A DNA stretch of 27,608 bases from Paramicrosporidium saccamoebae KSL3. Its lineage: Eukaryota; Fungi; Cryptomycota. Positions 1 to 9,796 of this stretch are shown in pieces; positions within the stretch are counted from its first letter, which is position 1, and each line of letters opens with the position of its first letter. Below the pieces are notes generated by a model. The model was not told the origin of the DNA and did not search any database. It saw only the letters and a program-made list of their open reading frames with translations. The translations under genes and the position numbers were made by a program. Location of the stretch: the NCBI GenBank assembly GCA_002794465.1, contig MTSL01000073.1, positions 15,946-43,553 of the forward strand. Direction: 5' to 3'.

Positions 1-42
1 AGACAAGAGTGGAGTGATTGTAAAAAAGTAATGACATTAAAC

Positions 43-90
43 GCAATCACAATCACAATCGCAATCACAATCACCATCGCAGTCGCAACA
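43..90. repeat. Degenerate hexamer microsatellite (CAATCA/CAATCG)n
   Basis: gcaatcacaatcacaatcgcaatcacaatcaccatcgcagtcgcaac read directly; lies 3' of the 181..1485 gene. Confidence 0.8.
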
Positions 91-180
91 TCAATGTAAA
101 TCCCACTCGCAATGGCGATATCAATATATTCATTTATATGGATCAAGGGCCCCCAATCATCATTATAAGCTTTACAATAT

Positions 181-1485
181 TTACTCAAAGTCAAGAATGT
201 CTGCCGAGTTGTCTAGTGCTTCTTGTGCTTGCCAATAGTTCCATTTCTTACTGTAAACAATAAACCTCTCATATGAAGTAAGCTCAGGATTCAGACGAAA
301 CGTGCCAAGTGGCGGCGCAATTTCAGAAATCAGGGTCGCAATGGCAGTCCATGTGTTACATGCAAACAGCCTTAATGTCGGCTGGCGAGCTTTGGCGATC
401 GCAATAGCTTCCCATTGAGCAATCCGGCCAACCACCATTATCACGACATTTGAACATGGGAGCTGACATAGTGAATTCGAATCGCAATAACTTGTAGAGG
501 TCACAATCACAATGCAACACTGGGCTGAGACGAGAATTATTGGGATCGACTCTGAGAATTCTCTCTCAATCATGGGAACGCTCATGGAATCCAAAATTCC
601 CAATAGTTGGGTGTATTTCAAGGCATTGCGATTAAGCAAAATTTGAAAGTCTTTCTTCGGAGGTGGCGTTTCCTGCACAGGTGCGACAATTGTTGACTGT
701 TCCAAAGGCATGTCTAGTTTGGCTTCACTGCAAAAACCCTCTGGAGCTGCCTTGGGATATCGAGGGCGCCCGATGGTCTTTGGAAATTTAGGCACTGCAT
801 AGTGTACATATCGAAACTTTGACTTTTTCAAACGGCAGCAAAGCATCTCGGGACTCGGCAACAGCGGGCATTTGGCATATTTCGGAAATGACGGAACAGG
901 ATTTTGCAGCCGCAGATATTGCAGCGAGGAAAAGTCGCTCACAGAATGGCAAAGTACCAGCTCAAGAATAAGTGCTGTATGTTGAGGTCGAGAACAAGGG
1001 CGAGAGGGAGAACGAGAATGAAAACGAGAATGAGAATAGGAAATTTCATCATCCATACCCAACATGTGACAAATATTGGGAAACTCTACATTGTAGCTGG
1101 AAACCTTTTCAAAACTGACCCGATGAATTGGAACACAGGAAACAAGCAACTGTTCCAGCATTTGGCTTTGTTTGCGGAGAACAAATCCAGGACATTTCTG
1201 CTTTGGATGGCTTTGCCTTGGACACTTCTGCTTCGGAAACCTAAGCGTCGTTCGGATTCTGCACTTTGTGGAAACTAGTCTTTTCCTCATTGTTTCAAAA
1301 GTCAATATTGGCTGTTCCAAGGGACCAGTGCAGTGTCTATATGTCGTCGGGCCGTCAGATAAACAATAGTGCAACTGCTGAAAAGTAAACCTCGCTTCAG
1401 TCCTCTCAAATAAAGCTGACTCATTTTTAGGCTCAGAGGGGGATTTGGCAAACTGGGCCTTCCAGTATTCCCAATCCTCCTCCAT
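181..1485 (-). CDS. Probable Zip2/SHOC1-like meiotic crossover protein (C-terminal XPF/ERCC4-like domain)
   Basis: 434 aa ORF. The C-terminal ~155 aa (ILLNRN..MIEREF..IILVSAQCCIVIV..LRLFACNTWTAIATLISEIA..LNPELTSYERFIVYSKKWNYWQAQEAL) follow the motif order I recall for SHOC1/Zip2 (LVER; VKLIIAPGVEATALIIRQIA; SEEEMYLL..INPLVAQLML). N-terminus is low-complexity; start codon uncertain. Family call is from memory, not a search. Confidence 0.55.
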   Translation of the reverse strand: MEEDWEYWKAQFAKSPSEPKNESALFERTEARFTFQQLHYCLSDGPTTYRHCTGPLEQPILTFETMRKRLVSTKCRIRTTLRFPKQKCPRQSHPKQKCPGFVLRKQSQMLEQLLVSCVPIHRVSFEKVSSYNVEFPNICHMLGMDDEISYSHSRFHSRSPSRPCSRPQHTALILELVLCHSVSDFSSLQYLRLQNPVPSFPKYAKCPLLPSPEMLCCRLKKSKFRYVHYAVPKFPKTIGRPRYPKAAPEGFCSEAKLDMPLEQSTIVAPVQETPPPKKDFQILLNRNALKYTQLLGILDSMSVPMIEREFSESIPIILVSAQCCIVIVTSTSYCDSNSLCQLPCSNVVIMVVGRIAQWEAIAIAKARQPTLRLFACNTWTAIATLISEIAPPLGTFRLNPELTSYERFIVYSKKWNYWQAQEALDNSADILDFE

Positions 1486-1684
1486 TCATGCTTGTGGCTG
1501 CTGGCATGAATTTCAAAAGACAAGGCCAATGACCGACAGCCAGGGATAAGTGGACTTTTGCTTCTCTGATTGGCCAAGTCGTTTGCTGAGGATTCCCTGT
1601 TGCCGTACCGACGTTCATTATTAGTACGGACTGGAATAGCGTTGTAAACATTGGTATAGCCGCAAGATCGACAGCTTTTGGTTG

Positions 1685-1756
1685 CATATCACTAGTGGAA
1701 AGTATATCAACGGTAGGAAACATATCAACAGTAGGAAACATACCAATAGTGGGAAA
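1685..1756. repeat. Four-copy 18-bp tandem repeat (CATATCAACAGTAGGAAA-like)
   Basis: Units at 1685-1702, 1703-1720, 1721-1738, 1739-1756, in the divergent intergenic region; the last base is the A of the 1756 ATG. Confidence 0.85.
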
Positions 1757-2958
1757 TGTCTACACTGGACACGGGGGCACAGACAAAGGGAATTATAAAG
1801 CTGCGGTTGAACCTCGCCACTTCTGAAGAGAGCAAAGGCAACGAGGGTGGGGGTGTTAAAAGAAGCCCAGCCAAGCGCAGACATGGTGGCGAGAAGGAAA
1901 GAGTGACCGAGGCCATTGATGATGAAAATAGAAATGGGGAGAATAGACCGGTTCACGACAGTAGGCCTGGTAGCGTCAACAGGCCTGTTAGCGACAATAA
2001 GCTTGTTAACGACGGCAGACTTGCTAACGATAAGCCTGTAAAGCTAACTGTACGATTAAAGGCTCCCGAGGAGAAGCGCAAAATTGTGCTTTCTGTCAAG
2101 AGCAGGACAGAGGAAAAGTCTGAAAGTATAGACATAGAATCAGTGGATAGGCCAGCAAAAAGGCTAAAGACGACAACTGCACCCAAAGTTAAAAGAGTTC
2201 ATGATGTGGAAGTGGCGGGCCCTAAACAGACGCGGACACGACGGACAACAGTAGCATCCAAGGAAAAAAATGGAGCAACCCCACATCCCTTCTCAACTGT
2301 CCCCTCGGCGCCTAAAACGGCACCGACAGCAGCAGCCAAGATGCCCATTCCAAACTTTCGGCCATCCAACATGACGCGTGTCCCCATTGCAGCACTATCG
2401 AGTCTGACAACGATGACACCGGGAGAGAGAGAAGAGGAACGCATTTTGAGACAGTCAATATCAGAAACATTTGGGACACTGTGGCCGATGGTAACAAGAC
2501 CGGACGCCTCCAAGACGTTCACGTCCTGGGAAGACGTTCCGGAAAAGCTCGTCCCATATTGGCTCATGTTGAGTCCCATTGATTCTGCCCTCCACGCCCC
2601 GACACTGAAATCGCAAACCTTGGAAGTCGAGCAGTCCGATAGATCCACACGACTGGTGGAGGAGGTTACCAAGCTGCGGTCGAGATACGAGCAGGTTACA
2701 ATCAAGGAACGGAACAAGGAGATTGCGACTGAATTGCTGGTATTGGAGCAGAGGCTGTGTCTGGAGGAGGAAAAGTTTTTGTATGCCAAACTGAAGAGCG
2801 AATATAACAAAAAGGTGGGCGAACTGGTAGCCAGGAAACGGCAGCACGCTGAAGCCACAAACTCTGCCCTCCACCCCCATCAACGAATCCTACCAAAAGC
2901 CTGGACATCGGGCTCCGGGATCCAGATTCTCCGTGGGAGCTCTTCAGAGAATCCATAG
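1756..2958 (+). CDS. Hypothetical protein: basic disordered N-terminus with NLS-like clusters, C-terminal coiled coil
   Basis: 400 aa uninterrupted ORF; KRSPAKRR and RPAKRLK basic clusters; heptad-like region RLVEEVTKL..VARKRQH. No family recognised. Confidence 0.75.
   Translation: MSTLDTGAQTKGIIKLRLNLATSEESKGNEGGGVKRSPAKRRHGGEKERVTEAIDDENRNGENRPVHDSRPGSVNRPVSDNKLVNDGRLANDKPVKLTVRLKAPEEKRKIVLSVKSRTEEKSESIDIESVDRPAKRLKTTTAPKVKRVHDVEVAGPKQTRTRRTTVASKEKNGATPHPFSTVPSAPKTAPTAAAKMPIPNFRPSNMTRVPIAALSSLTTMTPGEREEERILRQSISETFGTLWPMVTRPDASKTFTSWEDVPEKLVPYWLMLSPIDSALHAPTLKSQTLEVEQSDRSTRLVEEVTKLRSRYEQVTIKERNKEIATELLVLEQRLCLEEEKFLYAKLKSEYNKKVGELVARKRQHAEATNSALHPHQRILPKAWTSGSGIQILRGSSSENP
1942..2040 (+). 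repeat. Coding 18-bp degenerate repeat (five units plus a partial)
   Basis: Encodes NRPVHD-SRPGSV-NRPVSD-NKLVND-GRLAND-KPV inside the 1756..2958 ORF. Confidence 0.7.
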
Positions 2959-3214
2959 TTTCTTTTTTAATACACAAGTTTGCTTTGGATTGCCCGCCAT
3001 ATATATGTAGGAAGTTCGCTTCAAGAACGTGTTGCTCGCTATATGTGCGTAGGGAGGAACTCGTGTTTAACGATGGATCGCTATTGTACAATAGACCCTA
3101 CCACATAAAATATCACAGTTCTCCACAAAGTAAATCATATTAATATTTCCATTAAAGGCAATGTTTGGACAAACGGCGCGGTTCTAAATTTGGAACGACG
3201 ATTGTGCGTCGAGA

Positions 3215-5796
3215 ATGCCGGTCGCCGTGACTGAGAAGCGAGAATCGCGGACAGTCAGTCAGGTGCCATCGAGGACCATGAGCAACGCTCCTTCACTGAG
3301 CAAGTTGAATGACGACGCGGACTATGGCTTTGATAAGAAGGATGTCAAGCTCGAGCAAGGCAAACAGCGTGGACTGTTTTCATTCCTCACTGAGGGAGAC
3401 AAGCAATGGTTGGTCTATGTCACAGTTATTTCATTCATTGTGCGTCTTGCCTTTCTCAGTCATCCCTCGGTTGTCATCTTTGATGAGGTGCATTTTGGCG
3501 GGTTTGCACAAAAGTATCTCAAGAGAGAGTTCTTTCAAGACTTGCACCCTCCTCTGGCACGTCTGCTGGTGACGCTTAGCGCTTGGGTTGGCCGATTTGA
3601 TGCCAACTTTTCATTCTACAACATTGGGGCTGACTACATCAAAGCGGGAGTGCCGTATGTGACAATGCGCGCCTTTACGGCCGTGTCGGGAGCAGTCGTT
3701 CCTTCCATAGCGTTCGTGACGACTCGAGCAATGAATCTGAGCTTTTTCACTTCCTTGGCCATTGCGACCATGCTGATATTCGACAATGGCTTTGCTACAC
3801 AATCGCGTTTAATCCTGCTCGATTCCTACTTGGTGTTGTTTACCACGTTGGTGGCATTTTTTTGGGTACTATTCCAAAGACAGCGTGAAAGGTAATAATC
3901 AAGTTTGGATGCTAACCATTATTTAGACCATTTACTCGAGAATGGAAGACGTGTCTTCTTGGAATAGGGGTCAGTATTGCTCTTGCCGCCAGCTGCAAAT
4001 GGGTGGGACTCTTTACTGTGGTGGCAATTGGCATTTACACTATTGTGGATCTTTGGAACATTCTCGGAGATGTAAACAACTCTATGAAGACTGTTGGCCG
4101 CCATTTCATGTCGAGGGCGCTCTCTCTGATAGTAGTCCCATTGACCATTTACGCCGCCACTTTTTGGGTGCATTTTGCGCTCCTTCGTGACTTTTCGCCG
4201 GCAGCCTCTTCCTTGTCCATTGAATTTCAGCAAACTCTGCGTGGCGGTGAACTCTCACCGACCATGGCCAATGTGTATTTTGGATCGCAGATTCGCATCC
4301 GTCAGTACAGGTCCGAGGGAGCCTTCTTGCACTCTCATGCCTCAGTGTACCCCGCTGGCAGCAAGCAGCAGCAGGTGACTGGATACCACCATCGTGACCA
4401 GAACAATCTGTGGATTGTCCGACGCGCTTTTGATGTCAACCGGACTTATGTGGAGGAGGAGACTGATGAGCGAGAAGAGCTAGTTCAGCTTAGACATTTG
4501 GACGAGCTTCGTCTTGAACATGTGCCCACTGGCCGTTTCCTCCACAGTCACGTCGTCGATCCTCCCATTTCTAACAAGGAAAAGCAAAAGGAGGTCTCTT
4601 GTTATGGACACAATCCCTCAAAGTTTTCCGACTATAATGACAACTGGAGGATTGAGATTGTGGATAGCGTGGGCAACTCGATCACTGAAGAGGATGAAGA
4701 TGCTGACATGAACGACGGTAAGGAAAAGAAGAGAAAACCGTTTGTTTTTGCGATTGGGACAAAGTTCAGGCTAGCACATCGCATGATTGGTTGTAAATTG
4801 CATTCTCGGAATAAGGCGCTTCCAGAGTGGGGCTTTAAGCAATCCGAGGTGACCTGTGGATACGAAACGCTTCGCAGCAACCAGATTTGGATAGTTGAAT
4901 CGAATGAACATCCGCTGGCTGATCCTAATACCTCTCTCAAATCATCATTCCCCAAAAAGAGCTTCCTAGGCAAGTTTATCGAGTTGAACAAGAAAATGTG
5001 GGACACTAACGCTGGATTGTCCGCCCACCATCCATTTGGATCCCGTCCTGATGCCTGGCCTCTGCTCGCCAGAGGAATCGGCTTCTGGAATGGCAATCAC
5101 GTGCCCAAGACTGAAAAACAGCACAAGGAGGAAAAGAACAAGAAGGCTGGCAAGAAGAATGCCTCGGGAGAGGAACAGCCAGAGGAAGATCCTGAAGACA
5201 AGCTAGAACAAGCACAGCTGGCTCAGGAGTATGTCAAGTTCAAGGGACAGCAAATGTACTTGTTGGGAAATCCTGTCGTGTGGTGGTCATCAGCTGCAGC
5301 AATTGGAATCTATGTGCTGACCTTGCTCACATTCCGTATTTGCAAGAGACGAAACTTTTCGATTGCTGCCAAGATTGAGCGTTCGTCGTTTGGAAGCCAG
5401 CTCCACTTTTTCTCCCTCTCTGGGTTCATGTTTATTCAATGGTTGTGGCACTATATTCCATTCTTTGGCATGCGTCGACAGCTTTTCCTGCATCATTACC
5501 TCCCTGCCCTATACTTTGCCGTCTTGTTATTTGCAATCCTGCTGGAGGCCGTCCTTGCTGGCGTGTCATCAGCAGTCAAGCTGAATGATCAAAATAGTCG
5601 TCGACTAAAGATTGCCGTTCTCTCCTTATACGTAGCGGCTACAATTGTCGTGTTCTGGAAGCTGGCGCCACTTGGCTATGGTCTGCGAATGAGCAAAACC
5701 CAATGCGAGTCGTTAAAATGGCTTAAGAGATGGGATTTTGACTGTAGCAGTCTTGTGGACCCCGTCTCCAATGCCATTGTGACCAGTGCTAACTAG
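3215..5796 (+). CDS. PMT1: Dolichyl-phosphate-mannose:protein O-mannosyltransferase, PMT1-like; exons 3215-3891, 3927-5796
   Basis: DEVHFGGFA..DLHPPLA loop-1 motif, MIR domains (LHSH..YPAGSKQQQVTGY), C-terminal MRRQLFLHHYLPALYF. A 35-nt intron 3892-3926 (GTAATA..GCTAAC..TTTAG) restores RERPFTREWKTCLLGIGVSIALAASCKWVGLFT. PMT1 versus PMT2 subfamily is by recalled motif only. Confidence 0.93.
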
Positions 5797-5882
5797 CAAT
5801 AATAAAGCGTGGTATGGGATTTAACGGTGGGTCGGGGTGACGTGGTCAAGTCGTTGTGTGGTGACATGATATAGTCCTCATG

Positions 5883-6095
5883 CTGTCGCGTAGTGGGGAT
5901 AAATAGTATGGACTGTCAGGCGGGAAGAGACGGGAAGAGACGAGAAGAGACGAGAAGAGACGAGATGGGACGAGAATAGAATTTATTCAGTCAATCCAAC
6001 GACCCATTTATAGTCTCACAAATAACATTATCCTTCATCGATTGTTCTGATTATCCCTTCTCCAAACTAGGGAACTATCCTCAAATACCCAACTA
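5883..6095 (+). repeat. Dispersed non-coding element, copy A, with internal 10-bp unit expansion
   Basis: Core AGAATTTATTCAGTCAATCCAACGACCCATTTATAGTCTCACAA (5978-6021) matches the reverse complement of ~20540-20583 with about 3 mismatches; 5' end CTGTCGCGTAGTGG is the exact reverse complement of 19084-19097; tail CCTCAAATACCCAACTA matches the reverse complement of 20510-20526. Confidence 0.88.
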
Positions 6096-6284
6096 ATCAG
6101 TCTTCTACGTCACAATGCGATGACATGGTAAAGGTATCATGTGGTGACATGAAAAAGTTATCATATGGTTTTAGTCCCATAGTTTGGTGGACTTTTCGGT
6201 GGTACAGCGGCTTAAACCCGCAATTTTATAGTCTCCTTGTATAATCTCTTGTACGCACAGAAATTTATTACTCTAATATCTACG

Positions 6285-8093
6285 CTAGGCCGCAGAGGCC
6301 TTTTTCTGTTTCAACATTTGGGCAATCTCTTTGGCACGAATCATACATTCCTTCTTTGATCGTCCCACTACTTTGGAAATGTTCTCCCAACGGCTCGGGT
6401 CATCAGCCTTGTACATTCTCAAGCCTTCTTGGAGACTCTTTTGTTCCTCAGCGGTCCATACCGCAGGAGCTTCAGGGACGGGCTCCGTTGTACCAGGAGC
6501 GTCAAAGACAGTGGTCGGCTCTGCTTGATCAATGCGCGGGTCACGTTTCTTTTGCATGGCCTTGTAGTCAGTTTGCACTTCGGTGGAGAGTACGGTCTGG
6601 CCCTCGTCGGTAGTCTGTTTAATCTCATTTGAGCGTTTGATAATCTCATCAGTGGTACGCTGGGGAAGGGTCTTGTCCATGTGGGAGATGGTGCGATTGT
6701 ACCATTCGGTGATACGGGCCCAACGCTCGCGCATTCCTCCCGGATGCGTTTTGATGGCATTGATTAGAGTGTCCACTTCGGGAAGGGACCATGGGGCTTC
6801 AGCCTTTACATTGGTTGGTTTATCCACTGGCCGTACAATTGGGGATCCCAAAGATTCAGCCTCAGAGTGCTTTGCAGCATATTCTTCTTCAAGCCAAAAG
6901 TAGATTCCCTCCGTCTCACCGGCATCAAATAGGCCTTGGGCTGTTGCCAGAGACCTCTCCAGATCAGTCTCTCTCAGCAGGTACTTTTCGAGCAGCAATG
7001 AACGCTCATTCATTTGGGCCACATTCGTCTTGTTGGAGACAAAATAGAGGTGATCGATAAATATCTTTTTAAAAGTCTTTTTGACTTTTCGGGCAGCAGC
7101 CTCGGCCGCTTCTTTGGACTTTTTGGCTTCCAGTTGAGCCTGTGCGACGCGTTCCTTCTCAAGACGCTCCTCTTCTCCCTTCTTTAATTTTTCCTGCTCC
7201 TTTTCCTGTGCCAACTTGAGAGCTGCCATTTCCTTCTCCATCTTGAGGGCATCTTTTCGCAGCTTGTCATCTTCCCTGAAGCGTACCATTCTGGGGTCTA
7301 GCTTGTAGGCTTGCTCAAAGAGCCGTCGGAGACGCGCGTTATCTTCATTCTTGCGTTTAGTCCTGTTTGCCTTGTTCTTCTTGTCCATCCAGCGCTTGTC
7401 TGCTCGGTTCTCGGGGTTGTCGTTTTCATCCTCGTCAAGATATTCAAAGGTGCGCCATGACTCGAATGCTGACCAAAACCCATAGAACGCCTCGACATCT
7501 TCCCTTGGAGAGTAGGCGTGACCAACATCAGGGACGGGCTGTTTCCTACTGAAGCGGGCATTTATAATGAACACTGGACGGTAAATATTCAAAAAGTCCT
7601 CTACGTCTCCAGACTTGAAAGCTTCCTCTCCGGGAATAGAGTCGTCAAAGGCGTTGGCGTCGACGGAATCGTACAGTTTGCGCTTGTCCTGGTCGGACAG
7701 CACTTGGTAGGCTTGGAAGATGCACTTGAAAATATTGTCCTCGACAGAATCCTCCACCGACGAAGACTGCTGTAGCTTGTCGGGATGGTACTGTAGCACT
7801 CTTTGGCGGTACGCAGTCTTGATTTCCGAAGGGGTAGCCAAATGGCGCTTCTCGTGTAATCCCAATAAAAGATAGTGGTCCTGTTTCTTCCAGTTGCGGG
7901 CATCAAGGTTCAACAGACGCAAGTCTACCGCCCCAGCAGTGGGCTTTGCGGATGAGGGGCGGGGAAGGGGCACCGGAGGGGGAAAGTTGGTGGGTTCTGG
8001 CACAAATTGTGGCAGATGCTTTGACAAGAAGCAGTGATAGCTATGGCGGTACTCGATGAGCTCGCGACAGGCGGCTTTGCGGTTTCTGCTCAT
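6285..8093 (-). CDS. ZUO1: Zuotin/MPP11 (DNAJC2) ribosome-associated J-protein with two C-terminal SANT/Myb domains
   Basis: DARNWKKQDHYLLLGL, J-domain HPD (QYHPDK), zuotin domain FYGFWSAFESWRTFEYLDE..RWMDKKN, and two SANT repeats (WSLPEVDTLINAI..RWARI; WTAEEQKSLQEGL..RWENI). Confidence 0.96.
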   Translation of the reverse strand: MSRNRKAACRELIEYRHSYHCFLSKHLPQFVPEPTNFPPPVPLPRPSSAKPTAGAVDLRLLNLDARNWKKQDHYLLLGLHEKRHLATPSEIKTAYRQRVLQYHPDKLQQSSSVEDSVEDNIFKCIFQAYQVLSDQDKRKLYDSVDANAFDDSIPGEEAFKSGDVEDFLNIYRPVFIINARFSRKQPVPDVGHAYSPREDVEAFYGFWSAFESWRTFEYLDEDENDNPENRADKRWMDKKNKANRTKRKNEDNARLRRLFEQAYKLDPRMVRFREDDKLRKDALKMEKEMAALKLAQEKEQEKLKKGEEERLEKERVAQAQLEAKKSKEAAEAAARKVKKTFKKIFIDHLYFVSNKTNVAQMNERSLLLEKYLLRETDLERSLATAQGLFDAGETEGIYFWLEEEYAAKHSEAESLGSPIVRPVDKPTNVKAEAPWSLPEVDTLINAIKTHPGGMRERWARITEWYNRTISHMDKTLPQRTTDEIIKRSNEIKQTTDEGQTVLSTEVQTDYKAMQKKRDPRIDQAEPTTVFDAPGTTEPVPEAPAVWTAEEQKSLQEGLRMYKADDPSRWENISKVVGRSKKECMIRAKEIAQMLKQKKASAA

Positions 8094-8348
8094 TTCTCGG
8101 CAACCCCCGGTAAGCGCGATCGTTGGTGGATTTTGGATGCTGACTACTGTAGGCCAAATGCATGACTCGAAGAAACATGCACAATTTGAAGAATATTCCC
8201 AAATTGGAGAATACGCATGGCTTGAGGAAAATATTTTTTAATCCCCGCGGCGCGTGATGTAGCAGATGACTTTTGGCAGCATAGGATTCAGAGTCAGGGC
8301 CCCGGCTCGTGGACCGCGGACCGTGGTATACTAACTACGTCCGGGTCA

Positions 8349-9796
8349 ATGCCGCAAGCCTCCAACGCTGCCTCCCTAGTGGCATCTGATTACGACCCTC
8401 GGAAGATTGGTTATCTTGTAAAGGATGAGGACCGCCCTGAAATTGAAGCATTCCTAGCACAGAATCCCGCCCTCGTTACTGACTATATTCCAGTGGCCAT
8501 CATTGGTGAAGGTAATGCATCGGACTTGCTTATTAGGCCGAATAGGCACCTTTAGCACTGTATACAAGGCAATCGATGTGAAGCATTACTCGCGAGACAA
8601 TTCGTCCTGGATTGCTGGTTCGCGACAGGACATTTACGATGTGGCCCGTCTCTTGGCCCTCTATACTGCCCTGACCCACAGTGTGCCCACCCGGGCTCGA
8701 AAACGGGTTGTAAATTCACGTCTAAATAACTGCATCCGAGAATATGTCGAGGCACAATATACTGGTGGCATGAATGGTGACAATTTTGAGCCGGCACAGC
8801 TGCAGAGAAATTTGGAGGCCCGTCCGCCCGTGTTTGTGGCAATCAAGAGGATCAATGCTACTTCGGGACCAAAGAGAATAGCCGAAGAGCTCATGTTTCT
8901 GAGAGACTTGAAGGGTCTCCATCATGTCGTGCCGATTACGACCGCCTCGCGCTGGGAAGATCAGGTCATTGTAGTCTCACCATACTTTTCCGGCATTGAT
9001 TTCAGGGTACCCACCTTGCTGACTCTAAAATGCATAGGATTTATTGGCTTCGTTGACAATTGCAGATGTCGCTGGATATATGAGACTTTTGTTAGAGTCT
9101 TTGGCACACGTACATTCCAATGGGATCATGCATCGAGATATCAAGCCCAGTAATTTCATGTTTGCGCGCGATTCTGATGGACATTATCGCGGTTTGCTGG
9201 TTGATTTTGGTTTGGCTCAGTATGAGGAGCAGGACATGTCAAAGAGGGCAAAGACGGCTGGACGTAAGACTGACGGTGCTTGCCCGGATCACTTGCGAGG
9301 CGTGTCCCTGTTTGAAAAGATTAAGGATTTGCCTCCAGGCTATATCCAGAATGATCCAAGAGCGCAAATGAAGGCGTCTCGAGCTGGCACAAGGGGGTTT
9401 CGCGCTCCCGAAGTGTTATTCAAGGTTGCCCACCAGACTGTTGCCATTGATGTTTGGTCTGTTGGAGTGATCCTCCTTACCCTCCTGGCGAGGAGATATC
9501 CGTTCTTCCAAAGCACTGATGACTGTGACGCTCTGGTGGAGCTTGCGTCGATATTTGGAAGGGAGGAAATGTCGGCGGCAGCTTTATCGTACGATCGTGT
9601 ATGGCATTGCAAGGTCCCCACTGTCCCTGTGCATCGTCTCTCCTGGAGACATCTCTGTAAACAATTGAATCCAAACTGGCGTGAGACGGTACCTGACGAA
9701 GCATTTGACTTTTTGGACCGTCTTCTCGACTTGGATTATCGCAAGAGGATCACGGCGCTGGAAGCACTGGATCATCCTTTTCTAGTAAACTTTTAA
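8349..9796 (+). CDS. CDC7: Cdc7/Hsk1 (DDK catalytic subunit) kinase; exons 8349-8511, 8546-9006, 9038-9796
   Basis: Introns 8512-8545 (34 nt) and 9007-9037 (31 nt) restore IGEGTFSTVYKA and DFRDLLASL; HRDIKPSNF, LVDFGLAQ and the Cdc7 signature RAGTRGFRAPEVL..IDVWSVGVILLTLL.RRYPFFQS.DD.DALVEL. Confidence 0.95.

Noticed and set aside
1433-1741. MFPTVDMFPTVD ORF as an upstream exon of the SHOC1-like gene (candidate intron 1597-1627)
   Set aside because: Its start comes from the 18-bp repeat, the candidate acceptor is CAG, and a TGA directly before ATG 1485 blocks any short-intron join.
8245-8325. CGCG-rich motifs in the zuotin/CDC7 divergent promoter as MCB or E2F sites
   Set aside because: No exact ACGCGT or TTTSSCGC; could be chance in a GC-rich patch.
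8537-8545. Alternative CDC7 acceptor at TTATTAG (8536)
   Set aside because: Although in frame, it would insert RIG into the glycine-rich loop; the 8545 acceptor restores IGEGTFS.
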